Shown here: in pieces, positions 50,066 through 62,965 of the stretch
Layout: each line of letters begins with the position of its first letter
How positions within the stretch are numbered: position 1 is the first letter of the stretch
DNA from: Paragordius varius
Taxonomy: Eukaryota; Animalia; Nematomorpha
Direction of reading: 5' to 3'
NCBI GenBank assembly: GCA_964247055.1
Contig: OZ176050.1
Span: 4,030,001 to 4,094,000 of the forward strand
DNA length: 64,000 bases
Made by a program: the position numbers and the translations under genes
Notes under the pieces: model-generated
The model's input: only the letters and a program-made list of their open reading frames with translations
The model's database searches: none
What the model was told of the DNA's origin: nothing

Positions 50066-52963
50066 CTAATGTATTATCAGTTGGCAAACAATAATGTGAA
50101 AAGGCCCCAGCATAAATTTATTTGCACACTGTATTAGAGAAATTAAAAAATTTACATTTTTAGCCAATGAAGCCATGAGTAAAGATGTTTCTTCAGTATT
50201 ATTTGACCTTACAGTCACGTTGGGTAATAAATTGTTATAATAATTATTGGGTTGGGGTAATTGTTCTTCATTTATCATTAAATGTTTGTACTTTAAGAGA
50301 TATATGGATTTTATCAGATCTGGTAGCGTATCTTGAAAAGGTTTATACGTTTCAATATTTTCTGTTTTATTGTTTTTTGTATTATTAATATCATTATAGG
50401 ATGACAATGTTTGGGCTCCTGGACTCTTAAAATGGGCCCGTGGGATTAAACGAGATTCATCTAAAGCATTTGGCATATATCTGCCATAATAATCGTCCAA
50501 GTCTGTATTCTGTGAATATCTGTAATAGTATATGAAAAGTGTGAAAAATTTAACCTAAAATAATTGGTCAAATATAAAATTTACGATTAAAAATTTTGAA
50601 AGAAATAAATTGATGAAAAAAGGACCTAATATAATCTTCCATATTTTGTTTTGTGTTCTTTTTGTCTTGAGCATCGGGTATCGGTTCGACACTCAGGTTA
50701 AGGGTCAACACAACTGGTTTTTGACTACCATCCATTTTTCGGATTCTATGAATTTGTGTAACTTCTCTTGTTTCTGAATCATGTGTGGGCGACACTTTTT
50801 GGTTTGGTAGCGCGGACTTTTTCTCTGATCGCCCATTATATAAACGTTCTTTTTCAGGTTTAGGTTGTTGAATTATTTGATTGTATGCCAGCATATCATT
50901 GCGTGTGGTAACGGGAAAAGCAAAAATATCATTCACACCAGTATTTTGATTATTTTGAATTTGGGCAGTAGATTGAGGTGAATCTATTTCATCCCTGCGG
51001 TCATCTCCATGGGTAGAACCTGCAAAAAATGTGGTAGCCACACTATTTGGTGAAATTATAGATGAGGGGCTGTTTAAATCAGTAGGAGGTTTTTTTGTTT
51101 TAGGATTTGTAGTCAGGTTTTCTGTAGCTACACTTGAAGTATCTATCTTGGGTCTAGGAATTAGTGTTGAAGCCGGAGTCCTGTACAAATGGTATAGTAG
51201 GGGATTTCGGCTATACACATTACGAGCCATGTTTTCCAACATACTTTCATAATCTACTGATGCGTTCATACCATTATTGGTATTGAGAGTGTTGGTACCA
51301 GTAATTTTATCATATTGGGTAGAATATTTGATGTTGAAGGAATCACCATCATTTGCTGCTTGGGACAAAAGGGAAGTTGCAAGTTTCATATTTGTGGCTC
51401 GTCTTTTACGCCTTTAAATTAGTAAAAAACAATTTATATAAATCAATACCTATTTTTAGGAATTAATACTAAAATCTAAAAATGTAAATTAATGCATAAA
51501 AAACAAAAATAATAACTTACTGAACAAACAGGTATGAACCGAGGGAAAATGTTAAAGCCAGTAAAAAAGCCACCAGAATGCCGCTGGCTACGCTTGCTTT
51601 CTTTATCTCTCCTTTGATTTGACCTAAAAAATATAGGATACTGTGAATATTAATAATCAAAACTTTGTCATAAAAATTAGATATTTCGTGATGGAACATA
51701 TGGTAAAAAACATGCCTATGTAGTACTGGCAATTGGTTCCAAAGAAGGGTGGAATACATCTAGAAAAAAAATTTAAATATAAAATTAAAAACCAACATCA
51801 AAGCTAAAAGTAACAAATTTGTAGAATATTAGATATCGTTAAAAGTTATAGTTAGCACAAATAATTACTTGCAAACACCGTTGATACATTGTGCGTTGGA
51901 ACCACATGGGTGTTTGGAGGTATTATTGTTACATTTTGTTAAGGACAAAACTTCTATTTCCTGCAAAATGTTAGTACCATTTTTCGGATGATGATGATGT
52001 AAGGTAGTGTTAGATTTTGTCCGTAGCTTTAACGCCTCTTCCAGCACAACGTATAGGGGAATGTTTTGATTAGAGTTATTGCTAATGACGTAAAAGTCTT
52101 GTAATATATGGGCATTTTGAATGCCAAACAAGTCTGGTTCATACATGTGGATACCCTTCAAGCTATCATTTATGGCATTGTTTAATTCCTCTTGCGTTAA
52201 CTGATGATGGGGACTGGAACGATTTTTATAACTACCAAACGATGTATCTTTAAACGTAGTTTTAGGTGACTTGTTTAGTGGTTTAGCTGTGGTAGAGACA
52301 ATTGTGTTTCCATCATGACCATTTTTAGCATGAGAAAAAGATGAGTCAATACCGACGTTAATATTATTGTTATTATCATAGAGCTTATGTTTAGCAGGGT
52401 TAAGGGGAAAATTTACTGAGGAAGGATTAGTTACAATCGGTTCAATAAACATTTTGAGCAAATCAGCTACACCGCTGTAAGCCAAATCACGATCCATTTG
52501 TTTGATAATATCGGGCGGTGCCGATTTTATGTCTCGTGGTTGGGTTCGCTGACACCCGTCTAAATTAGAATTTACATATGAAAAAAGGCAATCAATTTAT
52601 TTCGAATTTAATCGTATAAAATTTTATCATTTAAAATTATTGTTAAGCGCTTAAAAATTATTTTTTCCTAAAAATTGGTATATTATCAAACATATGATAT
52701 CTTAGTAAAATCGTTATCCAGTTTCATAAAAAACTGTATAAAATTTTATTTAACATAATATTTAATTGATTTATTCATCAAGTAATGCCTAAAAATATGA
52801 AAATTTAATCAAAATTATTTTGAACTTTTTATTACATGTTATATATATTTAAACAAATTTTACTTGCTGGATTGAAAGTAGCAGATAATAGCATGATTCC
52901 CAATATTATTGCAGATGGAATATTGGTGGAGGGATAAAAATAGGAATGAGGCAAAAATTTCAT
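50066..52963 (-). CDS. Type I single-pass membrane protein with one juxtamembrane EGF-like module and a long low-complexity cytoplasmic tail
   Basis: Exons 52963-52864 (signal-like SAIILGIMLLSATF), 52559-51869, 51759-51716, 51623-51521 (TM SGILVAFLLALTFSLGSYLFV), 51411-50626 (starts RKRR, stop-transfer) and 50519-50066. Phases are consistent. EGF module CNNNTSKHPCGSNAQCINGVCKCIPPFFGTNC. The 3' end is uncertain. Confidence 0.75.
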
Positions 52964-55900
52964 TTTCTTGCGATCATTAACAATACAATAAATAATATTG
53001 GATATTTGGGATTGGATTGGTGTTTATAGCGCAGCATATTTTTCATTTACATTTATGTTAATTAATTTTTAGCAATTTTCATTTTAGAAAATGTACGCAT
53101 ATTTTAGTATGTACATAGTTTGTAAGATTCAGTAATTATTGGGCGGGTAGCATGTAGAATCAAAAATATATTGTATACAAATTAAACAAATTGGTTCATT
53201 CCGTAATGATTTTTTTGTATATTCTTGCATTCTTCCATAAATTAGTTGAAGGGGAGGAGAACGATAGCAATGGTATAAGCAAACATGCAGAAGCAATCAT
53301 GTTTATGATAAAATTAGAAACATTGAAAACCAGTCAAATTTAATGTAAGAGAATAAAGAATTTTTGTTCAAAATATTTGAATAATTTAACTAATAAAACA
53401 TATCTGTCTACTGCGATATTTAAATTTCATCGTTTGTGCTAAAATTGTTTCCTTTCTCACAGTTGATATGATGATACATCCGGAACTTTTTTATCCAAAA
53501 TAAAGTATGCATGAGTAAATCATTTAAACTGTGCTAATTGAGTTTGCTCCGAATAAACTTTTGTATTCATGTTAATTGTTAAAGTGGTTTATTAGAAGGC
53601 ACGATATAATTTCCGAAATTGCAATTATTACGCAAGTATAGGATGAGTATGATAGCTAAAACTATAAAAGATAAATGTGATAATACAAATATGATTCATC
53701 GCATTTTCAATTATTATCTTACAAGTGTCTATAAAATATATAATTAGTCAAAAACTACTTTTAGATATCGAAAAAAACGTCATAGTCTATAAAAGTAGAT
53801 TAAAAGAGCGTGTCGCACCATTTTTTATTTAATTAAAATTATCACAAATTAAAATTTCACGTTTTTAAATGCTCGATAATTATTCGTCTGCTTTAAGTAT
53901 TTTTTTCGGTATAAAAGAAAAACGACAAAGTATCGTAAAGATTATCCAGATATTTGTGAAGAACAAGTATGTAATATTTAATTTAGAAAAGAAGAGGTGA
54001 TATAAAATTAAATAATTAATTCATGACGCAACATGCAAACATCCGACTGAAATTCCTTGAACTTGTTGATATTCATGGATTATGTATACGATGAAATAAA
54101 AGTGTTAATCATCATATTGTATGCCACTTAATAAAGTTCATCAAGTAAAAATACTTTTGTAAAATAGTTTTTATAAATCATCATGTTTTATAATCAAAAT
54201 ATGATATAATTTATTTGCTCAACAAAAGTCCTTTCAAATTTATGATAAAAACATAAATAAATGATGTAATTACATAAAAATAATACTTAGATGAACACAA
54301 TCATATTATGCAATCGGTCAAAATATCTGTTCAATTTATGAAAATTCAATATTATCGAACGATACATACAACACAGATCAACAGTACACGATACTCTCTA
54401 CATGTTAATCAATTTGTTTATAGAGGTAATCCATTTTCTACATAACGTGTTTTTGATTCGATTACATTATTTTTGGTGTATATGTTAGATAAGACTCACA
54501 TATCTAACAAAGAAACTTTTTACATCTATCATCCAACTACTATAATTTATTGACCATGTATATACAAAACAACACAGGTATATTAATTGGTGGCGCGAAT
54601 TTATAAAAAAAATTTTAACAATTGAATAAGGTAGAAACAAGTAAGCATGAGGCTGATCAAACATAAAAAAAACTTTGCCTATGTTTTCATACTTAGTATG
54701 TTGTGGAATAAGTTTCAAAAAATGAAAGTTTTTAAGCGCTTGCTTGATGATACAAAAACACAATTTTAGTATTTTCTAAGTTTGAAACACAACAAGGGTT
54801 AGATGACCCCAGCAAAAAATGAAATATACAGAGTGGTCATAAGTGATACCACCAATAATTTGTTGTACTATTACTATTTACATATATTAATGGTAAACCA
54901 TTGATGCAAAAGATTGGATTGAAAAATATTTGTTTGTACAAGAGGGAAGATATGTTTTGTACTTTCGTATTATCATATCACTATCCATCTATCTCTCTAT
55001 TGCTATGATAAAAAATCAAAAGAAGGGAAAGTACCTTTCTGTGGTATATATATGTATTATAGTATAGAGTACCCTAAAAAATAACATATTGCATTGCACA
55101 GTAAGCAAAGCAATTGTTATTCATTTTGCAATCAATACTATGTATATATATTAGGATAGGACTGGTTAGTCCCCATTTCATTACACTTTTGTAAAAATGA
55201 TTCTTGATTGAGTATAAGTAAACAATACGGTAACATATAATATAGCTCATCAATATGTCATCTCGATAACAATAAGGCTAATGGTAATGTCCTCTAAAGT
55301 GAAATTTCTATACAGCACAAAAAAAATGCTTTTTGCCTTAAATGTGTTTGTTATAACCCAATAATCGTGTAGTTTTTTGTATAAATCATAAAAAATTAAA
55401 AAATCCTAGTTTTAACATATCAATTTAATTAATTGATATATCATGCTGTTCACAGGTGCGCCTACCTTTTGCAATTAATTATATTTCATGCTATGTATTA
55501 ATCTCTAATTGACTACTAGCATTATAAAGTATAGATATAAGGTTAAATAATTTTTATGTTATGCAAAACAAAAGACAAAAAGAGAAATATAGATTAAAAC
55601 AGTTAGATAATAACTCTATTAGAAATTTCGAAAACAACCTATATATTCAATTTTACGATTAAATAATTTAATGTAATCAATCAATCAAATGCTATAATAA
55701 GATAAGGGAAATTATGATTTATACATAAAAATATACAAATAATTCAAGCATGGCTTAAAAGAAAATAGTTATAACATTTAATGCATATATAAATATATAT
55801 GTAATGAGGGACCATATAATTTAAATAAAAATTAGTTGAATTAGCTTAATAAAGTTAAATAATTATATGATAATTTTGATGGCACGAGAGCGTTTTACAT

Positions 55901-56842
55901 AAATTATATTTAAAAATTTGTATCATAAATTATTCAATTTTCCAAAAAATGATACGCTCAGTATCTAAAACTCCTCCTTGCTAATTTAATTTTTAATTAA
56001 GGAAAGATGAATTATGCGTAAAACAATAAATTACGTATGAAAATATTTGTAACTTCTTGGATAGTATTCTAATCTATGACCTTAATCAAATTAACCCAAT
56101 TTTTAAGGTAAAGGTGTTGTCTTATTTTAAAAAGTGTTAGTCGAAATGACCCATTTTTAATAAATTTTGATAAGGATCAAATGCAAAAAATCGATGTGAT
56201 ATAAATTTCTAAAAAACAGTGATATTTAATCAAACAACACTTGAGAGATTAGGCAAACTCAAGTGTTTCTTTACAAATATTTTTAAAGGTAAATTTTATG
56301 ACGTGTTTTTAGAGTGTTAATAAAAAATGAATGTTTATTAAATTAAAAAATAATTTAATATGTAAAAAACTTGTTTAAAACAGAATAAAAAATTATTTAA
56401 AAAAAAATATCTATTTGCCTGGGCCAAAAAATTTAGAATAGAAAATTTCAAGTCTTTTTTTCTTATAAATATGGATATCATATCAGATAAAGTTTATGAG
56501 AAAAAGAGTCAACGTAAGATAGTAAAGAAGCCAGGATTGTTACAACTGTTATGTACTGAAAAGTTATCATCAAAGTATAGTGTAAACAATGTTGACTTAT
56601 AACATACGATTATTTTATGCCATAGGCTATAAGATTTTTAAAGGTTAAAACCATAAAAAAATTAAGATAAATAAAGATGTTTACCCAAAAAAGTGTGTGG
56701 AATATTTGCCAAAGCCACTTTATTTGAACAGGTCAAAAATCAGTAAAAAAGCCATATGTAAAAACATTTGTCCACAAATTATGAATAAAAGTTATTATAA
56801 CATATGACTATTAAGTTTTTATGGATGAAAAATATTATGCTT

Positions 56843-57413
56843 TACTTGGATAAAACACATTCACATTTTAGTCCTTCGATTCAAATTGGGTATTTAAAAC
56901 CCCAGGCCTGTTTAAAATTAAAATATTTAAAAATATTGTAAGAATCGAGGCATTTTGCACTTACATAACATCAATAAACCTAAATATATAAAAAGATTTT
57001 ATTTAAAAATACTTGATGTTACTTAATTTAAGCTAAAACCGAAAGGTAAAAATTTAGTCAACGTGACATGTGTGCAATGGTAAAATTGAAACATAATGCA
57101 AAATAAACCGCTTTTTCTATTTCTATCAATGTTAAATATAATTTAAATAAATATTAGCTTTAATTTTACACTTAAAATTCAATTAAGCCATATTTTGCAA
57201 AAATTTTATGAAATAAAAATGGCGTCGTAGTAGTTTGACATGAAACTTTTTTCTTAAAACAAAACTTTATTTAGATATTTTGGCATATTTATATATTTTT
57301 TATTTGGATAGAAGCATATTATTAAATTGGGACCGTTTCCTTCAGTAGTTTTTTCAAAATCCTAACTCAAATTTTGTCTGGGGTATTTAATTACCCCAAT
57401 TTGAATCGAAGTG
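56843..57413. mobile_element. piggyBac-like MITE family B, copy 3 (left end degraded)
   Basis: The body matches copies 1 and 2. The right end AATCGAAGTG|TTAA is intact. Confidence 0.82.
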
Positions 57414-57554
57414 TTAAGCCAATGAGAATTAAGCAGTAAAACTTCCAATTATATTTTGCAGCACCCTAAAAATTTTCAAATATTATATTTTAAAATGCTA
57501 ATATGCACACAGTGCTTACGAAAATCTTTATTTTAATGGATAAATATTTTAAAA

Positions 57555-59300
57555 TTCTCATTGTGCTTTTGGTTTTGTTTTATGTACAATTTAAAAATAT
57601 TTAAACTTTTGTGGCAAATTCTTAATCAAAAGGCGCAATATTAGCGTATATTACACATCGGACAAAAATAATTTGATAAAGTATATATAAGAATAAGGGT
57701 TGTTATGGTGATTTTGCTGACTGCAAGTGTGATATATATATATATAACACTATTATGGTAATTGCTTCATCAAAAAATGGATGAGCATTTAAAAAATATT
57801 TAATTGCTAAAAGCTTCCTTGCAAAAAAATTACCAAAATATATCATGAACTACATATAAAAATCAAAACAAATTTATTAAATTAATAAGAGGCCGTTAAA
57901 ATATAATGTTTTAAACCCCAAAATTAGCAAGTTCTATGTAAAATATGCGAAAGCCGGATTATTTTGTAAATTTTAAATATTCTACTAATGGTCAAAAAAA
58001 ATTTTCGAAAAATGAATATATTGCTTAAAATTTAATTTGTAACAAAATTTCGCTGAAGCGAGTTTTGTGGTATTTTGAAGCATGGAAACTGTATAAAAAC
58101 ACTAAAAAATTATAGATAAAACTTTTCTAATCAGATAATTTTGTTCTGTCACCTTAAAAGGTCCGTTTGTTTTTAAATTTGGATTTTGTGTACAATATAT
58201 ATTGACAGATATTCAAAAACAAAGGAATATTTAAATCGAAATATTGAAGTGATAGAATTTCAGCATTATTGAATTATATAAAGGTAATCTAATTATTTTG
58301 ATAGAAATGTATAAAAATTCATGGTGTCTTTGTTTTGGATTTTACGAGTGATATAAGAAAGTTCTTTACACTTTTTTGGTAAGTGGCCCATATTAAAAAA
58401 TGGAATTTGGGCACATTTTAAATAATATATTTTTGGTGAAGGCTAGAGGGCTTATTTCAAAAGTGTACTAAAATTTATAAACTAAATAAAAACAAAATAA
58501 TATTTTCAAAAAATTCATTTTTTAGATGTGGGCCCCGAAAGTCCCGAATTTTTTTGCTCTTCTAAAATGAGCTAGTCCTTTTAAAATAAACGCAAAAATG
58601 CCGTTGATGGTTAAAAGTTTTATAACTTTTGATATCAACAAATATTTCTTAAAACTGCATGGATTTTAAAAATTTAATTTAAGAAATTCGTTGAAGCGCA
58701 TTTCATACTTTTTTGAGGCATGATGGAAACGGTATAAAAATGCACGGCATTATAAAAATATTTTTCTACACAATCGATGATGAACATCGCTTCAGAATTT
58801 TAATTTAAAGGTTCCTTTGCTTAAAAATTTTGGTGCGCGAATTTTTACTCAAAATTTTGAGGTGATATAAATGTTCAGCATTATACCGTTTCCATCATAT
58901 CAAAAAATTAATAATTACGTTTCAATTAAACTTCAACCTAAATTTAAATAACATGCATTTAAAAAAAAATTTAGTTGATGTCAAAATTTAGTATATATTT
59001 AAATTTTATCCCGCAATCCGATATTAGAAGATCAAAAAAATGGGACTTTTAGAGCTTACATCTAAAAATCAAAATCTTTTAAAATATTGTTTTGCTTTTT
59101 ATATGTAGTTTATCATATATTTTAGTGATATATTTTAGAATGAAGCCTCTAGCTTTCAAAAATATTTTATTAAAAAAGATGTGCGCAAATTTTGATATCC
59201 AGCACTTACTTCAAAAGTGTAAATAATTTCTAAAATCACTATTAAGGGCAAAACCAAAAGCACAATGATAATCCCGTATACATGTTCCTATCTGAATATG
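57555..59300. repeat. Complex of diverged ~500-650-bp repeat units in direct and inverted orientation (foldback-like)
   Basis: CATTGTGCTTTTGGTTTTG occurs at 57559 (+), ~58320 (+, diverged) and 59249-59267 (-). TTTTAGATGT occurs at ~58520 (+) and ~59060 (-). GGAAAC(G/T)GTATAA occurs at 58084 and 58725 (+) and ~58885 (-). Confidence 0.72.
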
Positions 59301-59391
59301 CACATTCATCAGGTTATATTTTTGTTGAGTAAATTCATTTAGCACAAAACTGTAATAACCTTCTTTATTCAGACGCAAACCCCAATAGCAC

Positions 59392-59434
<43 letters not shown>

Positions 59435-60019
59435 TGCCGATTTCGTACACAGTCTATTTGAATTAACTGCCATAAGGTTTTAAAAGATATATATATATTT
59501 TACGTAGTTACATGAAACGATACCAATACGTTATACTATGAAATTAGGTTCTAAGGATGGTTGCACTCGGGGCGCAATAAAGCCGTGTTTAACACTCGTC
59601 ATCCAAGAAATGGATAGACGTGCTGACAGTTCAAAGTGTTGACATATCGTTAAATAAGATGGTTAACCTTTATTCTCCTCAGATAGGGTTGACTAGAAGA
59701 AGATAACTTTTATGATTTATTAGTAGGAGAAATGAAAAGGAAGCATAATTGTGGTAACTTCATTCAACATGTGGGACGAAATCGTAAAAATTTTAAGCCG
59801 ATATGGGGGTTAAGCTTAAAGGTTCAATATTAAACTAAGGTGTGCTCATTATTATAATTTATAAAATACCTTTTTTATTAAAAAGGCTAGCCATTTAATT
59901 ACATAAGCATTGTAGGAGGTCACATATTAATTACATCCTGGTAGCGGGAAAGTTTTCAGAGTATGTTGTGGATTGCAAAGTGGTACCTAATCCACAGATT
60001 ACTACATAACATTATATTG

Positions 60020-60408
60020 TACCATTTACAGTTCAAATTCACCCTTGAACAATTCAAATTCACCCTCGAACAATTCAAATTCACCCTTGAACAACTCAAA
60101 TTCACCTTTGAACAATTCAAATTCACCTTAAAAATAAATTATGTATTTTCGACCTCTCCTTATTAATATGAAATATATGTTTATGTTATAGTTTATTATT
60201 TTTTAAGTATTATTTTAATTTAAAACAAAATTTTTATTTTTTAAAAATATATACAAATATTGGTAATTTTTAATCTTAAAAAACATATATTTTATTTGAG
60301 GGTGAATTTGAATTGTTCGAGGGTGAATTTGAATTGTTCAAGGGTGAATTTGAATTGTTCAAGGGTGAATTTGAATTGTCTAAGGGTGAAATTGAATTGT
60401 AAATGGTA
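60020..60408. mobile_element. Foldback MITE family A, copy 6
   Basis: Complete termini with about 5 units per arm. Confidence 0.9.
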
Positions 60409-60489
60409 TATTATGTGTAAATATATGACAAATATACCAAGAAATATCAAAACCCTAAACTTATAGAAAGTAGTTGAATGCGATTTTCT

Positions 60490-60760
60490 AAAAATAGTAA
60501 AAAAAGATTTGTACAAAGGTAGATATGGGAGACAGTAACAGCGATTAGAGAGAGTTTTCTCTTGGTGGCTTAAACAATAAACGAAGGAATTAAGGTGTGT
60601 GAAAAAAGGTGGTAGAAAACAGGTGTATACAGAGGCATGTCTGAAAAAGAAGAGAAAAGTGAAGCTTTTAAAAGGTGGAGTTTTGCCCACCAATCAGATG
60701 ACAAGGAAAATTACAAAAGTATTAATAACGCGTCCGAAATCGGGGGTTATAACGGATGAA
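60490..60760 (+). mobile_element. Short relic of an RTE-type LINE (endonuclease-RT linker region)
   Basis: The degenerate translation GRQ*QRLERVFSWW..EKEEKSEAFKRW..DDKENYK resembles the RTE linker (cf. PKWWW..HKKWKK at ~1580-1680). It is purine-rich relative to its flanks. Confidence 0.45.
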
Positions 60761-60789
60761 ATATAATTCTGATAGGAAAATGTATTAGG

Positions 60790-61420
60790 ATCATGGTGCT
60801 TTTGGTTTTGGCCCTGACGAATATTTGAAGAGTTATTTACGCTTTTGTGGTAAGTGCTCCATATCAGAAAATAGATTGCGCACATTTTTAAATAAAATTT
60901 TTTGGTGGAGACATATGCTTCATTCCAAAATTATCATAAAATACATATAAGGCAAAACAATTTAAAGATTTTTATTTTTAGATGTGGTCTCCGAAAGTAC
61001 GAAAATTTCTAGCTCTTGTGAAACGGGCTGGTTCTCTTAAAATAAACGCAAAAATGCCGAGCGCGATAAAAAAATTTAATATAATAAATTAAAAATATTT
61101 TTTTAACAAAAATTTTGTTGAAACTTATTTTTGTTTTTATTATAATTTATAATTATTTTGTTCAATTTTTTTTAATTATATCATATTATTATTATTTTCT
61201 TTTGTTTTTAACTATTCCATTGAAAAAGATACTACCATGTATCGAAAATTTTGGATATAGTTAAAATTAATATATTTTACGAGAATTAAATTATTTTATT
61301 TTAATATTATACTATTTTGAGGAATGAAGGAAACGGTATAAAAACACTTTTTCTATATAACTCGATGATGCTGAACATTTCTATAACCTCAGAATTTTGA
61401 TTATAATATTCGTTCATCTT
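60790..61420 (+). repeat. A further copy of the 57.5-59.3 kb repeat unit
   Basis: The same anchors appear in order: CATGGTGCTTTTGGTTTTG 60792, TTAGATGTGG ~60978, AAATAAACGCAAAAATGCCG ~61040, GGAAACGGTATAAAAAC 61329. Confidence 0.72.
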
Positions 61421-62428
61421 CAAGATTTTTTTAAATATAAGTTGTTTACAAATAAAAACATGATTCATCTCAATACAACTTGCCAAAGCTAGATAATAGA
61501 GTATAATTAAAAAAATTAAATTAACTCAAATTTTACAATTTGGTAAATGTTAATTTCCTATAGATTATAGTAATCAGTATTTATTTATAATAATTTTTCA
61601 TGCGAACTACAAGTAATTTAAAACGGAATAAACAAATTAAAACTGACGCTGAGATTACGATATTTTTTTTATTAATTGGATTGCGGGCAAAATATTTTTT
61701 TAGAAGGCTTATATTTTAAAAAAATCTTAGATATATTTTATGGCGTTCCCTTAAACGGTTAAAAATATTTTATACAAGCTATGCCATATCACGCACGCTG
61801 TTATTTAGTCAACATTATTAATAGAATGATATATTTTCTGCGCAATAAAAACTGCTTTTCATTTGTACCCTACCTAAGGGTGAAAACATGACCTTGACCA
61901 ATATTGTTGCTTATATGCGGGAAATATCTCAATTCATTATTGAATCCATACAATTCTGGTAAGGAGCTATAAAGCCACATTGTTTCTATATAAATAAGCT
62001 TTTTTGAGAGGGTTAATTTCTACTTAGAGGCTAATTAAAAAACGCTGGGAATTTGTATTTTTGCAGAAAATGACTAGAAATATTTGCATATGGTCTCATA
62101 TCTTGATTAATAGGCTTCGACTACGTTAATTTTATGTACTGATGTGTTGTATAAAAATTCCCTATTTGGAACCTTTATTTGAAAAGTGAGGCATCTGAAA
62201 TGTAAATATCAGATTTTATATAAATTATACATTTAAATATTGTTGTATTCTGTTAAGGTTTTTTGGATAGATACTCTGTAATAAAGTACTATATAATTTT
62301 TTCCTAAAAAATTACATGAAAATAATTAAGAGTGCACCTTTATAAAAACCTGACACAAACTAAGGCTAGATATTAAAAATTGAGGACTTGGTGTATGGTA
62401 AAATAATTGTTTATAGAAAATGATAATA

Positions 62429-62733
62429 TACCATTTACAATTCAAATTCACCTTTGAACAAGTCAAATTCATCCTCGAACAATTCAAATTCACCCTAAAA
62501 ATAAAGTGTTTTCAGGCTAATATAACTCATTATTAATAAGAAATATATTATAATGGCATAGTTTATTTTTGTCAGTATTATATCAATTTTAGACGTTACT
62601 TCATTTTTTAAAAATATAAAAAAATATAGGTAATTTTTAATCTTAAAAAACACATAATTTAGTTTAGAGTAAATTTGAATTGTTCAAGAATGACTTTGAC
62701 TTGTTTAAGGGTGAATTATAACTGGAAATGGTA
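62429..62733. mobile_element. Foldback MITE family A, copy 7
   Basis: TACCATTTACAA start and ..GGAAATGGTA end, with 21-bp units on both arms. Confidence 0.87.
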
Positions 62734-62791
62734 TACTTTAAAAAAACTAACAACCAAAGTTAGATAGATAATGGTTTTTTTAATATAAAAG

Positions 62792-62965
62792 TAGGGGTGT
62801 CCAACACACGCAGCCAGGAAGAAATTTTAAATACTATAAATTTTATGAAATCTAAGTAAAATTTATTTTCTTTATTTGTTAATGCTCATATATTTGTAAA
62901 TGTGACCCGCCGGATTTTTTGATCCAACAAGGCGGTTCGAGAAGCCATTTGTGTTCACAACCTCT
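62792..62965. mobile_element. Possible degenerate hAT-derived MITE
   Basis: TAGGGGTGTCCAAC at the left resembles Charlie-type TIRs. There is a weak counterpart TGTTCACAACCTCT at the right and no TSD. Confidence 0.3.

Noticed and set aside
50129-50155. Candidate 27-nt intron near the 3' end of the EGF-TM gene
   Set aside because: It is in-frame and stopless, and there is no homology to decide between spliced and coding. It is not counted as a tiny intron, but if real it would be an exception to the 5' rule.
59190-59450. Minus-strand exon-like segment (AG|EHVYGIIIVLLVLPLIVILEIIYTFE|GTAAGT) and ORF 59211-59450
   Set aside because: The same sequence, including the GTAAGT, recurs in the other copies of the 57.5-61.4 kb repeat unit, so it is repeat DNA with no partner exons.
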